A stretch of 64,000 nt of DNA from an uncultured Phycisphaeraceae bacterium (GCA_964625505.1 CAZVBW010000001.1:8542-72541); one strand, 5' to 3'; shown: positions 45,564-54,826, counted from the stretch's first letter. Notes: a model not told the origin generated them from the letters alone. Translations and numbers: made by a program.

Positions 45564-47281
45564 TCAACCTTCTGCCTTGCCAAAGGCCTGCTCCGCCAGC
45601 GCGATCGCCCGCGCCAGCGCCGCCGCCTTGTGCACCGTCTCCTCGTGCTCCGCGTCCGGGTCGCTGTCCGCCACGATCCCCCCGCCCGCCTGCAGGTGAT
45701 ACGTCCACTGGCCCCCGTCCCCGCTCCCCCCGGCAGTGTCACTTAATTGACACTGCCCGTCGCCGGCCCCACTTCCGGGGGCGGGGGGCGGCAGCACCAC
45801 CATCGTCCGCAGCGCGATGCACATGTCCAGGTTCCCCGCCAGGTCCGCGTGACCCACCGCCCCCGCGTATGGACCCCGCCGGGTCGGCTCCAGCTCGTCG
45901 ATGATCTGCATCGCCCGGACCTTCGGCGCCCCGCTCACCGTCCCCACCGGCAGCGAATACCGCAGCGCATCCCAACACGTCAGCCCCCGCCGCATCAGCC
46001 CGCTCACCGTCGAACTCAAGTGCATCACGTGGCTGTACCGCTCCACCGCGAAGAGCTCCGGCAACTCGATCGTTCCCGGCGACGCCAGCCGACCGATGTC
46101 GTTGCGATGCAAATCCACCAGCATCACGTGCTCCGCCCGGTCCTTCGGGTCCGCGAGCAGCTCGGCTTCCAGCGCCGCGTCCTGCTGGGCCGTCGCCCCC
46201 CGCTTCCGCGTGCCCGCCAACGGCCGACTCGTCACCCGCTTGTGCTCGCCCGCCGCCGCGTCGGGCTCCCCCAAATGCCGGCGCACCGGCTCGTCCAATC
46301 CCTCGACCTCCCCCGCCCCCGCCGACTCAACCCGCACCAGAATCTCGGGCGAACTGCCCACTAACACCGCCCCCCGCGCCTGCAGATAAAACATGTAAGG
46401 CGACGGGTTCACCACCCGCAGCGCCCGATACGCCTCGAACGGGTCCACCCCGCTGCGAAGCTCGAACCGCTGGCTGGGCACCACCTGAAACGCATCACCC
46501 GCCGCGACGTACTGCTTCACCCGACGCACGGCCTCGCGATACCCGCGGTCCCCCATGCTGCTGGTCGGCATCGTCGGCGGCCCAGGCACCTGCTCGATCG
46601 ACCCGGCAGGCAACCGGTGCCCCTCGTCTGCCGACGGGTCCAGCAATAACCGCTCCAGCTCGTCCAGCCGCGCCTCGGCCGCCGCACGCTCGCTCCCATC
46701 CGCGCCAGCCCCATCGTCCGGGGCCGGGGTGTGCGTAATGGCCAGCAAGGTCTTATTCACATGATCAAAGACCACCAGCTCGCGGTACAGCTGCAGGTGC
46801 AGGTCCGGCAACCCCCGGTCGTCCCCCGGCGCCCCCGCGAACGGCAGCTTCTCCGGCTCGACGTACCGCACCGTGTCGTACCCCACGTACCCGACCCAGC
46901 CGCCGGTAAACGTGGGAAGGTCCGGCTGCGGCTTGGCCGAGTACCCCCCCGCGATCCGCGCGACCTCCGCCAACGGATCGGCCACCTCTCGACGCTCAGA
47001 CTCCGCACCCGCCGGCTCATCAATCAACTCATGCCCGTACGCCAGCACCTGCCGCACCGGCCGCGCCCCGAGGAAGCTGTACCGCCCCACCCGCTCGCCA
47101 CCCACCACCGACTCAAACAAAAAGCTCGGCGAGTCCCGAGCATCCGGCGCCACCAACCGCCGATACGCCAGCACCGGCGTTAACGCATCGGCAAACAACC
47201 GCCGCACTACCGGCGTCCAAATCGGGCTCCGACAATCGGCGGTCGGCTGCGGGGAATCGGACAGGTAGGGGGTGGTGCTCA
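45564..47281 (-). CDS. trpE: Anthranilate synthase component I
   Basis: Hallmarks are present: VVPSQRF, NPSPYMFYL, RPLAGTRKRG, LLADPKDRAEHVMLVDLHRNDIGR, PVGTVSGAPKVRAMQIIDELE and QAGGGIVADSDP. I take the ATG at comp. 47279-47281 (a TTG at 47291 is also possible). Confidence 0.92.
45732..45757. repeat. Perfect 9-bp hairpin with an AT-rich loop inside trpE
   Basis: GGCAGTGTC-acttaatt-GACACTGCC encodes QCQLSDT within an extra segment of about 25 aa between the conserved CIALRT and QAGGG blocks. Confidence 0.8.
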
Positions 47282-47378
47282 TGCGGCTCAACCGGGAGGG
47301 CTGCGGTATGCTAAATCCTCCAGCAGGGCGGTCCGGCCCGGGGAATTAGGGTGCGACGTATCAACAAGGGGCTCCGCA

Positions 47379-48215
47379 TTGACCGAACAGCCATCTGATG
47401 ACGCGGTTATCGCGACCACCGCCGTCCGACCAACCGCAGCCGTGCCTCCCGAACGTGCACGCTCGCCGTGGAGCTTGGCCGCCGCCGGCCTCGCCACCGC
47501 CGCCGCGATATTCGGCATGGCCTGGATCATCATCCACGCGACCTATCACTCCCGGTATGACGCACTCGATCAACAGGTGCAGCTGCAGCAGGGCGAGATC
47601 GACTCCCTTCAGGCCGCCTCGCGGCGACTCGATGGCGATCTCGACAGATCACGCGACGTGATCCGCGGGTCCTTGGACATCCGACTCAACGAAGTGCAGC
47701 GGCAAAACGAACGGATTCAGCAGGCCGTCAGCACCCTCCGCGAAGCGATGCAGTCCGCTGCCGAGTTCGACATCGACACCTCGCGAAGCCAAGATCAACT
47801 GGACGACGCGTGGGGTCGGTACGTGGGCACCTACGACAACAACCTCGAAGCCTACCGGGAGCTGCATCAGACCTTCATCGACGTGTCTGTGCAGACGGTC
47901 ACTGCCCTGGACAGCAGTATCGACCAGCTCGCCGAAGAGCACCGCCGCGTCCTCGTCGCGGCGGATCGACAGCAGAACGATCCCCCCCGAAGCGAAGTCA
48001 TCCGCAACCCCAACGGAACGATGACGATCATCTCCGGGGTGTCGATTGACCTAGCGGCCCGAGCCAGAGGCATGGAGCGGGACCTTCGCGGAGCCCGCGG
48101 GCTGCGAGAACGGACCCGCGAGACCCTTGAGGGCTGGCCCGACGCATCGCCATTCGATCATGCCGAAATGTTGGACCCGCAACCCGCCGACGACCGACCC
48201 GCTTCAACCCATTGA
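47379..48215 (+). CDS. Membrane-anchored coiled-coil protein (hypothetical)
   Basis: The start is TTG. The TM segment is WSLAAAGLATAAAIFGMAWIIIHA. A Q/E/R/L-rich heptad-like region follows (QVQLQQGEIDSLQAASRRLDGDLDRSRD...). Confidence 0.55.
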   Translation: MTEQPSDDAVIATTAVRPTAAVPPERARSPWSLAAAGLATAAAIFGMAWIIIHATYHSRYDALDQQVQLQQGEIDSLQAASRRLDGDLDRSRDVIRGSLDIRLNEVQRQNERIQQAVSTLREAMQSAAEFDIDTSRSQDQLDDAWGRYVGTYDNNLEAYRELHQTFIDVSVQTVTALDSSIDQLAEEHRRVLVAADRQQNDPPRSEVIRNPNGTMTIISGVSIDLAARARGMERDLRGARGLRERTRETLEGWPDASPFDHAEMLDPQPADDRPASTH

Positions 48216-48234
48216 CCCATACCACGGTGTATCG

Positions 48235-49236
48235 TCACCCCACCGACGCCCAAGTCCCCTCCCGCGCCCCGCGGTACACCGCGTCCATCACGATGCTGCG
48301 GTACGCCGCCTCCTGGGCCGTCACCAGCGGCACGTCATCCTTGCCCCCCACCGCCTCCAGGAACAAGTTAAACGCGTGCGGCCAGGCCTCGGGCAAGTTC
48401 TCCACCACGCCCTCCTGTTTGTCCCGGCCGTCGCCCCGCATGACCTGGTGCAGGTCGCCACCCTGGTGGTACAGCGTCCCGTCCAGCCCGCTGACCAGCA
48501 TCCGCTGCGGGTCGGCCATATCGACCCACCCGCCGCACAGCGTCGCGACCGCCCCGGAGTCAAATTTCAGCATCGCCTCGCCGTACTCGTCGATGTTGTC
48601 GTGTCGGCCGGTCGCCGTCCCGACCGCCCCGGTCGCCGCGACCACCGGATCACCCTCCATCCACCACAGACACAGGTCCAGCACATGCGTGCCCAGGTCG
48701 CCCAGCGCCCCGACCCCCGCCCGCTGCGGGTCGAGCATCCACGTCCAGTCTTCGAGCCACTGCGCGGTCACGCCGTTGTGGGCGTTGCTCAGCCGCAGCC
48801 GGGTCAGCTGGCCCAGCCGACGCTCCCGCACCGCGGCATGGGTGTACTGGGCCCAGGGCGAGCCCCGCATGAAGTAGCCGGTCTGGAAGATCACCCCCGC
48901 CTGATCGATCGCGTCCGCCATCTCCCGGGCGTCCTTCGCCCCGATGCCCAGCGGCTTCTCGACAAACAGGTGCTTGCCCGCATCGACCGTTGCCAGGACC
49001 AGCTCGCGGTGCAGGTCCGTCTGCGAGCAGATGACCACCGCGTCCACGCCGTCGCCCAGCGCCGCCTGATACGAGTCGACGACCTCCCCGCCGGTCGCCG
49101 CCTGCCGCTCGGCCGCGACCGCGGGGTCGGGGTCCCACACGTGGGTCACCTCCACGCCGTCAGCGGCACTGAGGATCTTCGCAAAGTTCGGGGTGTGGAT
49201 GTGCCCCCCGCCAATCAGTGCCATCTTGGTCATCAC
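48235..49236 (-). CDS. Gfo/Idh/MocA family oxidoreductase
   Basis: MALIGGGHIHTPNF is a Rossmann motif, and LFVEKPLG is the EKP motif. Confidence 0.85.
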   Translation of the reverse strand: MMTKMALIGGGHIHTPNFAKILSAADGVEVTHVWDPDPAVAAERQAATGGEVVDSYQAALGDGVDAVVICSQTDLHRELVLATVDAGKHLFVEKPLGIGAKDAREMADAIDQAGVIFQTGYFMRGSPWAQYTHAAVRERRLGQLTRLRLSNAHNGVTAQWLEDWTWMLDPQRAGVGALGDLGTHVLDLCLWWMEGDPVVAATGAVGTATGRHDNIDEYGEAMLKFDSGAVATLCGGWVDMADPQRMLVSGLDGTLYHQGGDLHQVMRGDGRDKQEGVVENLPEAWPHAFNLFLEAVGGKDDVPLVTAQEAAYRSIVMDAVYRGAREGTWASVG

Positions 49237-49380
49237 AGACTCCAGACACGCGGGGCAAGCCCCACGGCTAAATGATCAATGTAGCCCCTCCACCTCTTCG
49301 TGCCTCCGTGCCTCCGTCCCTCACCACTTCGTCTCTCCGTCTCTTATCTCTGCGTCTCTCCCCCCCGCCTATCTTCCCCC

Positions 49381-50970
49381 ATGCCCCGCCCCCTCATGCC
49401 GATCCTCGGCAACCAGCTGTTCCCCTGGGTCCGCCTCAAGCCCCACGCCGACGCCCACTTCTTTCTGGCTGAGGACCTGGAGCTGTGCACCTACGTCCGG
49501 CACCACAAGCAGAAGCTCGTGCTGTTCCTCGCCGCGATGCGGAGCTACGCCGACGAGCTCCGAGACCACGACGCCGACGTCCACTACGTGCCCCTAAGCC
49601 CCGCATGTACATGCGGGGCTCAAGCCGCCACCACCTACGAAGCGAAACTCACCGCCCACCTGCACCGCCTCCGCGAGCAGCACGGCAGCGATGCGGTCAG
49701 CCACGTCCGCCTGTGGGAGGTCGAGGACAAGTGGTTCGAGCAGCGGCTCGAGGCTTGGGCCGGTGAGCATGACCTGGACATCCAGTGGCTGACCTCCCCG
49801 ATGTTCGTCACCACCCGGCAGCAGTTCGAGGACTACCTCGATGAGGCGTCCGGGCCGTTCATGGCCAAGTTCTACGAACGCCAGCGCCGCCGGCTCAAGA
49901 TCATGGTCGACGACGCAGGGGCGCCCCACGGCGGGCAGTGGAGCTACGACCACGACAACCGCGAAAAGCTCCCCGACCACGTCGAGATCCCCGACGTGAA
50001 CTACGCCAACCCGACCCAGCACGTTCAAGACGTGATGAAGCTCGTCGGTGAACACTTCCGGGGGCACCCCGGTCAGCTCGATGACTGGTGGCTGCCGACG
50101 ACCCGCCGGCAGGCGTTGTCATGGCTTCGGCAGTTTCTGGACGACCGGTTCTATCACTTCGGACCCTACGAAGACGCCCTGAGCAACCGCGGGCCTTGGC
50201 TGTTCCACAGCGTGCTCTCGCCGATGATGAACATGGGCCTGATCACCCCGGATGAGGTCCTGGACCGGGCCGTGGCCGTCGCCGACGAAAAGCAGGTCCC
50301 GATCAATTCGCTCGAAGGCTTCGTCCGCCAGATCATCGGCTGGCGGGAGTTCATCCGCGGCATCTACCGCGAGTACAGCGAGAAGCAGGAGCAGGCCAAC
50401 CACTTCGGCGCCACCGGCAAACTCACCGACCACTGGTACGACGCGACCACCGGCATCCCCCCGCTGGACGACGCGATCCGCAAGGCCCAGCGCTTCGGCT
50501 GGACCCACCACATCGAGCGCCTCATGGTCCTGGGCAACCTCATGAACCTCACCGGCCTGCACCCCCACGAGGCCCACCGCTGGTTCATGGAGATGTACGT
50601 CGACTCCTCCGACTGGGTCATGGGCCCCAACGTCTACGGCATGGCCCTGCACAGCGACGGCGGCATCTTCGCCACCAAACCCTACATCGCCGGCAGCAAC
50701 TACCTCCGCAAGATGAGCGCCTACAAGTGCCCCCGGAAGCCAACCGCCGCGTCACTGCATGATGGGGAACCGGTCGATGGCACCGGCGAGGCGACATGGT
50801 GTGATGTCGTCGACGGACTCTACTGGCGCTTCATCGACCAGCACCGCGCGACCTTCGTGAGCAACCCCCGCATGTCCATGATGACCCGCACCCTCGACAA
50901 GCTGAAGCCCGACCGCCGAAAGCAAATCTTTGGTGCGGCCGAGCGGTTCATCGAGCGGGTGGTGAATTGA
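49381..50970 (+). CDS. Cryptochrome/photolyase-related protein (DPRP / COG3046 type)
   Basis: MPRPLMPILGNQLFPW...LAEDLELCTYVRHHKQKLVLFLAAMRSYADEL and the C-terminal WTHHIERLMVLGNLMNL, FMEMYVDSSDWVMGPNVYGM match the family from memory. I take the ATG at 49381. Confidence 0.8.
   Translation: MPRPLMPILGNQLFPWVRLKPHADAHFFLAEDLELCTYVRHHKQKLVLFLAAMRSYADELRDHDADVHYVPLSPACTCGAQAATTYEAKLTAHLHRLREQHGSDAVSHVRLWEVEDKWFEQRLEAWAGEHDLDIQWLTSPMFVTTRQQFEDYLDEASGPFMAKFYERQRRRLKIMVDDAGAPHGGQWSYDHDNREKLPDHVEIPDVNYANPTQHVQDVMKLVGEHFRGHPGQLDDWWLPTTRRQALSWLRQFLDDRFYHFGPYEDALSNRGPWLFHSVLSPMMNMGLITPDEVLDRAVAVADEKQVPINSLEGFVRQIIGWREFIRGIYREYSEKQEQANHFGATGKLTDHWYDATTGIPPLDDAIRKAQRFGWTHHIERLMVLGNLMNLTGLHPHEAHRWFMEMYVDSSDWVMGPNVYGMALHSDGGIFATKPYIAGSNYLRKMSAYKCPRKPTAASLHDGEPVDGTGEATWCDVVDGLYWRFIDQHRATFVSNPRMSMMTRTLDKLKPDRRKQIFGAAERFIERVVN
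49597..49620. repeat. 24-nt perfect palindrome (family E) inside the photolyase-related gene
   Basis: AGCCCCGCATGTACATGCGGGGCT has a second copy, AGCCCCGCATGTGCATGCGGGGCT, at 53641-53664 inside murC. Confidence 0.85.
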
Positions 50971-51056
50971 CGAGCCGCGACCGTGAGGGAGCGGACAGGC
51001 CCCAGCGGCACCGCGCGTGTCGTCTCCAACCTCCGCTCCCTGACGGTCGCGGCTCG

Positions 51057-52661
51057 TCAGACGACGCCGGCACTGCCGGTGGTGATCGGTTCGCTGACAT
51101 ACTCCCGGGGGTCGGTGACGTGGCCGGTGAGGGCGGAAGCAGCGACGGTGAGGGGGCTGGCGAGGAAGACGCCGGCGGACTTGTGGCCCATTCTGCCGGG
51201 GAAGTTCCTGTTGGTTGAAGAGATGCACGCCATCGGCTCGTTGAGTCGGCCGAAGGTATCTTGCGGTCCGCCGAGGCAGGCGGCGCAAGACGCCGGGCCG
51301 ATGAGGCAACCGGCGGCTTCGAGGGCGTCGTAGATGGAGGTGGTGGCTTTGCGGTCGCCGTTGGACGGACCCACCCCCGGAGGGGGTGGGCTTTCGCCGC
51401 CGCGGGCGAGGAGTTGAGATTGCGTGGGGATGGGGCCGGAGATGCCGGGGATGGCGGGGTTGCTGAGGGTGATGGGGACGCCGTCGCCGTTGGCGCTGCC
51501 GTTGGAACCCACCCCCGGAGGGGGTGGGCTTTCGTTGCCGTTCAGCGGCTCGCCGTAGAGGTTGAGCCGTTGCATGTCCCGATGGACCTCGGTGGACCCG
51601 GGCACCACATAGGTGGGGATCTTCACCTCGTTGCCGTGGAGGATGTTGGCGGCGAACAGCATGTCCGTGATCTTGCCGCCGGTGCATGAGCCGAGGTAGG
51701 CGCGGTCCAGCTGGACGTCCTCGCAGTTGCGGGCCAGGTCCTTGTTGTCCGGGGAGTGGGGCTTGGCGACCATGGGTTCCATGGCGGCGAGGTCCCACTC
51801 GTGCTCGAAGATGTACTCGACGCCGGGGTCGTCTTCGTAGACGGTCCAGTCTGGCCGTTTGGAGCGGTTGCGGACGTAGGCGAGGGTCTTCTCGTCGACG
51901 TCGCAGATGCCGTTCTTGCCCCCGGCCTCGATGGCCATGTTGGTCAGGGTCATGCGGTCTTCGAGCGACAGCGAGCCGATGCCGTCGCCTGCGAAGTACA
52001 TCGTCTTGTAGGTCGCGCCGCTGACGGAGATGTGGCCGATGACCGCGAGGATGAGGTCCTTGGCGGTGAGGTAAGACGGGATCTCGCCGTGGAAGGCGAA
52101 CTTCATCGTCGGCGGGGTTTTGAGCCAGGTCTTGCCGGTGCCGAGGGTGAACGCGGCGTCGGTGTTGCCCACGCCGGTGGCGAACATGCCCAGGGCGCCG
52201 GCGGTACAGGTGTGGCTGTCGGTGCCCAGCAACAGCTCGCCCGGGCGGACGTGGCCCTCCTCGGGCAGGGCCTTGTGGCAGACGCCCTTGTAGGACGTGG
52301 TCGACGGGTCGCGGTAGCTGGCGGGCATCCCCGAGTCGGGGTCGGTGTCGAGGAAGTCGGGGTCGTAGTACCAGGGCAGCTTGTGCTCGGCGACGAAGTC
52401 GCGGAGGGTCTGGACGTTGCGGTGGCACTTGCCGTCGGCGGTGAAGATGTAGTGGTCGGGGATGATGACCACGCGGTCGGGGTCCCAGACCTTGGCGTCG
52501 GGTCCGAACTCCTTCTTGAAGATCCCGATGGTCCCGGGGCCGCAGACGTCGTGGGTGAGCAGGACATCGACGTCGACCCAGACGTTTTCGCCGGGCGCGA
52601 CGTAGTCACGGCCGGCGTGGGCGGCGAAGATCTTCTGGGTCATGGTCATGGGTGCGGGCAT
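51057..52661 (-). CDS. leuC: Aconitase-family large subunit (3-isopropylmalate/homoaconitate dehydratase LeuC/HacA type) with an internal insertion of about 70 aa
   Basis: The sequence includes MTQKIFAAHAG, LLTHDVCGPG, GTDSHTCTAGALG, GSCTGGK, ASCAACLGG and STNRNFPGRMG. No small-subunit gene is adjacent. Confidence 0.85.
   Translation of the reverse strand: MPAPMTMTQKIFAAHAGRDYVAPGENVWVDVDVLLTHDVCGPGTIGIFKKEFGPDAKVWDPDRVVIIPDHYIFTADGKCHRNVQTLRDFVAEHKLPWYYDPDFLDTDPDSGMPASYRDPSTTSYKGVCHKALPEEGHVRPGELLLGTDSHTCTAGALGMFATGVGNTDAAFTLGTGKTWLKTPPTMKFAFHGEIPSYLTAKDLILAVIGHISVSGATYKTMYFAGDGIGSLSLEDRMTLTNMAIEAGGKNGICDVDEKTLAYVRNRSKRPDWTVYEDDPGVEYIFEHEWDLAAMEPMVAKPHSPDNKDLARNCEDVQLDRAYLGSCTGGKITDMLFAANILHGNEVKIPTYVVPGSTEVHRDMQRLNLYGEPLNGNESPPPPGVGSNGSANGDGVPITLSNPAIPGISGPIPTQSQLLARGGESPPPPGVGPSNGDRKATTSIYDALEAAGCLIGPASCAACLGGPQDTFGRLNEPMACISSTNRNFPGRMGHKSAGVFLASPLTVAASALTGHVTDPREYVSEPITTGSAGVV
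51370..51538. repeat. Two direct copies of hairpin CCCACCCCCGGAGGGGGTGGG (family D) 148 nt apart inside leuC
   Basis: The copies lie at 51370-51390 and 51518-51538. They share the flanks GTTGGA..AC and CTTTCG. Each encodes ESPPPPGVG on the coding strand. Confidence 0.85.
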
Positions 52662-52685
52662 GGCGGGGATTGTAGGTGCGTCATG

Positions 52686-52737
52686 AGCGAGCCGGGGTCT
52701 GTGACCCCGGATCCGGGTTCGCAGAACCCGGCTCGCT
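52686..52737. repeat. Full-length family-A element (closing stem plus two internal hairpins) in the divergent leuC/murC intergenic region
   Basis: The sequence is AGCGAGCCGGGGTCTGTGACCCCGGATCCGGGTTCGCAGAACCCGGCTCGCT. The outer stem AGCGAGCCGGG/CCCGGCTCGCT encloses the hairpins CCGGGG-tctgtga-CCCCGG and CCGGGTT-cgcag-AACCCGG. Confidence 0.8.
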
Positions 52738-52768
52738 TAAGAAGGCCGCGGCGGCCGATAGCATCCGT

Positions 52769-54277
52769 ATGACGCTGATGAGCTCGCCGCCGATGAACCA
52801 CGTGCCGCCCGCTGCCCCGTCGCTCGCCGGGCGCCGGCTGCACTTCTGCGGCATCGGCGGGTGCGGCATGTCTGGCCTGGCCCGCATGGCCGCCCAGCAG
52901 GGGGCCCACGTCACCGGCAGCGACCGCACCGCCTCGGCGGTTACGCGTGGTCTCCAGTCGGTCGGCATCGACGTGGCACTCGAGCAATCAGCGGACACCC
53001 TTCCGGGGGACGCGGACGTGCTGGTCGTCACCGCGGCGATCCCCGCCGGCCACCCCGAGCTGGCTGAGGCGCAGCAGCGGGGCATCGACGTCATCAAGTA
53101 CGCCCAGCTGCTGGGCCGGCTGATGATCGGCCGCACCGGCGTGGCCATCGCGGGGACCCACGGCAAGTCGACCACCACGTCCCTGCTGTGCCACCTGCTG
53201 CTGACCGCCCAGCTGGACCCGTCGTTCATCGTCGGGGCGAGTTGCCCGCAGATCGGCGGCGGCGCCCGCGTCGGCGGGTCCGGCGGGTCCGGGGGGTCCG
53301 GGGGGTCGGACGTGCTCGTCGCCGAGGCTTGCGAGTACGACCGCTCATTCCACGCCCTGCACCCGAGCGTCGCGGCGATCCTTAACGTCGAAGCCGACCA
53401 CCTGGACATTTACGACGACCTCGGGGCAATCGTCGAGGCGTTCGCGCGCTTCGCGTCGCTGCTGCCCCCGGAAGATGGGGCCGGCGGCGCCGGGGGGTTT
53501 TTGCTCATCAATCACGATGTGCCGTCACGGCAGGATATCGCCGGGGCGACCTCGGCCACCGTGCAGACGATCGGGTTTCATCCGCAGGCGGATTGGCGGA
53601 TCGAAGTGGACGGGCCGCGGGTGACATTGTCGCGAATCGAAGCCCCGCATGTGCATGCGGGGCTCAGGCTCGAGTGGACCCAGCCGATCCCCGGCGAGCA
53701 CATGGCATTCAACGCCGCCGCCGCCGCGGTGCTCGCCCATCGGTTGGGAGCGGGGTGGGACGCGATCCGCGAAGGGCTTGAAAGCTTCCGGGGGCTGCAG
53801 CGGCGGATGGACTGGCTCGGGCACCGGTTGTGTCAGCCGACGGATTTACATCCGCGGCTTCGGGCGACTGCGGTGCCGGTGATCGATGATTACGGGCACC
53901 ACCCGACGGAGATCGACACGACGCTGCGGGCGCTGCGGCAGCACCACCGGCCGCAGCGCTTGATCTGCGTGTTCCAGCCGCACCAGCACAGCCGAACGCG
54001 TCACCTGCTCGATGGGTTTGCCGGAGCGTTCAGCCAGGCGGACGTGGTGATCGTGCCGGAGATTTACTTCGTGCGGGACAGCGAGCAGGATCGCCGAGAG
54101 GTCACGTCGCAGCACCTGGTCCAGCGGCTCAGCGACCGGGGCGTGGACGCGATGCACCTGCACCCGTTCGAGGCCATCGTCGACCACCTGCACCGGCACA
54201 CGCGTCCGGGCGACTTGGTCGTGACGATGGGCGCGGGGCCAGTCGACCGCATCGCGCACGGGTACCTGCGTTCATAA
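52769..54277 (+). CDS. murC: UDP-N-acetylmuramate--L-alanine ligase
   Basis: Hallmarks are LHFCGIGGCGMSGLARM, VAIAGTHGKSTTTSL, EACEYDRSF, NVEADHLDIY and DDYGHHPTEI. I take the ATG at 52769. Confidence 0.85.
   Translation: MTLMSSPPMNHVPPAAPSLAGRRLHFCGIGGCGMSGLARMAAQQGAHVTGSDRTASAVTRGLQSVGIDVALEQSADTLPGDADVLVVTAAIPAGHPELAEAQQRGIDVIKYAQLLGRLMIGRTGVAIAGTHGKSTTTSLLCHLLLTAQLDPSFIVGASCPQIGGGARVGGSGGSGGSGGSDVLVAEACEYDRSFHALHPSVAAILNVEADHLDIYDDLGAIVEAFARFASLLPPEDGAGGAGGFLLINHDVPSRQDIAGATSATVQTIGFHPQADWRIEVDGPRVTLSRIEAPHVHAGLRLEWTQPIPGEHMAFNAAAAAVLAHRLGAGWDAIREGLESFRGLQRRMDWLGHRLCQPTDLHPRLRATAVPVIDDYGHHPTEIDTTLRALRQHHRPQRLICVFQPHQHSRTRHLLDGFAGAFSQADVVIVPEIYFVRDSEQDRREVTSQHLVQRLSDRGVDAMHLHPFEAIVDHLHRHTRPGDLVVTMGAGPVDRIAHGYLRS
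53641..53664. repeat. Family-E palindrome inside murC
   Basis: AGCCCCGCATGTGCATGCGGGGCT encodes EAPHVHAGL in frame. Confidence 0.85.
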
Positions 54278-54337
54278 AGCCGCCGCCGTCGGCGGCGCTC
54301 CGGGCGCGGCCACCGGCCGCGGCTTTATGTTGCGTGC

Positions 54338-54805
54338 ATGCGGACGGTCACCGTGAATACCCGAATCGCGGCGCCGCCGCAGCGGTGTTTCGACCTCGCG
54401 CGGTCGGTCGAGGCCCACGTGGCGTCGGCGGGCGACACCGGGGAGCGGGCGGTCGCGGGGAGGACGTCGGGGCTGCTCGAGCTCGGTGACGAGGTGACTT
54501 GGGAGGCCCGCCACTTCGGCGTGCGGCAGCGGCTGACAAGCCGGATCACCGCCTTCGACGCGCCGCACTACTTCCAAGACACGATGGTCCGCGGGGCATT
54601 GAAGTCGCTGGTCCACGACCACCACTTCGAGCCGACCCCGGACGGGCAAGCGACGGTGATGCGGGACGTGCTGGTCTTCGCCGCACCCGGCGGGCCGATC
54701 GGCTGGTTGGCGGAGCGGCTGGTGCTCGCGGGGCACTTGCGCCGGTTCCTGCAGCGGCGGGGCGAGGCGCTGCGGAAAATGGCCCAGCGGCCCACCCACG
54801 CCTGA
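54338..54805 (+). CDS. SRPBCC family protein (polyketide cyclase/START-like)
   Basis: The 155-aa protein begins MRTVTVNTRIAAPPQRCFDLARSVEAHV. The pattern ...WEARHFGVRQRLTSRITAFDAPHYF is typical of SRPBCC. Confidence 0.7.
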   Translation: MRTVTVNTRIAAPPQRCFDLARSVEAHVASAGDTGERAVAGRTSGLLELGDEVTWEARHFGVRQRLTSRITAFDAPHYFQDTMVRGALKSLVHDHHFEPTPDGQATVMRDVLVFAAPGGPIGWLAERLVLAGHLRRFLQRRGEALRKMAQRPTHA

Positions 54806-54826
54806 AGGCGTGGGCGTTGAATGACG

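Noticed and set aside
50752-52428. 558-aa minus-strand ORF overlapping leuC in another frame
   Set aside because: Its translation is extremely Arg/Pro/His-rich, while the 51057-52661 frame carries all the aconitase-family motifs.
54273-54329. 11-bp inverted repeat CATAAAGCCGC/GCGGCTTTATG around the murC stop, considered as a terminator
   Set aside because: It has a 35-nt loop and no T-run. It may be another small repeat, but I found no second copy in the window.
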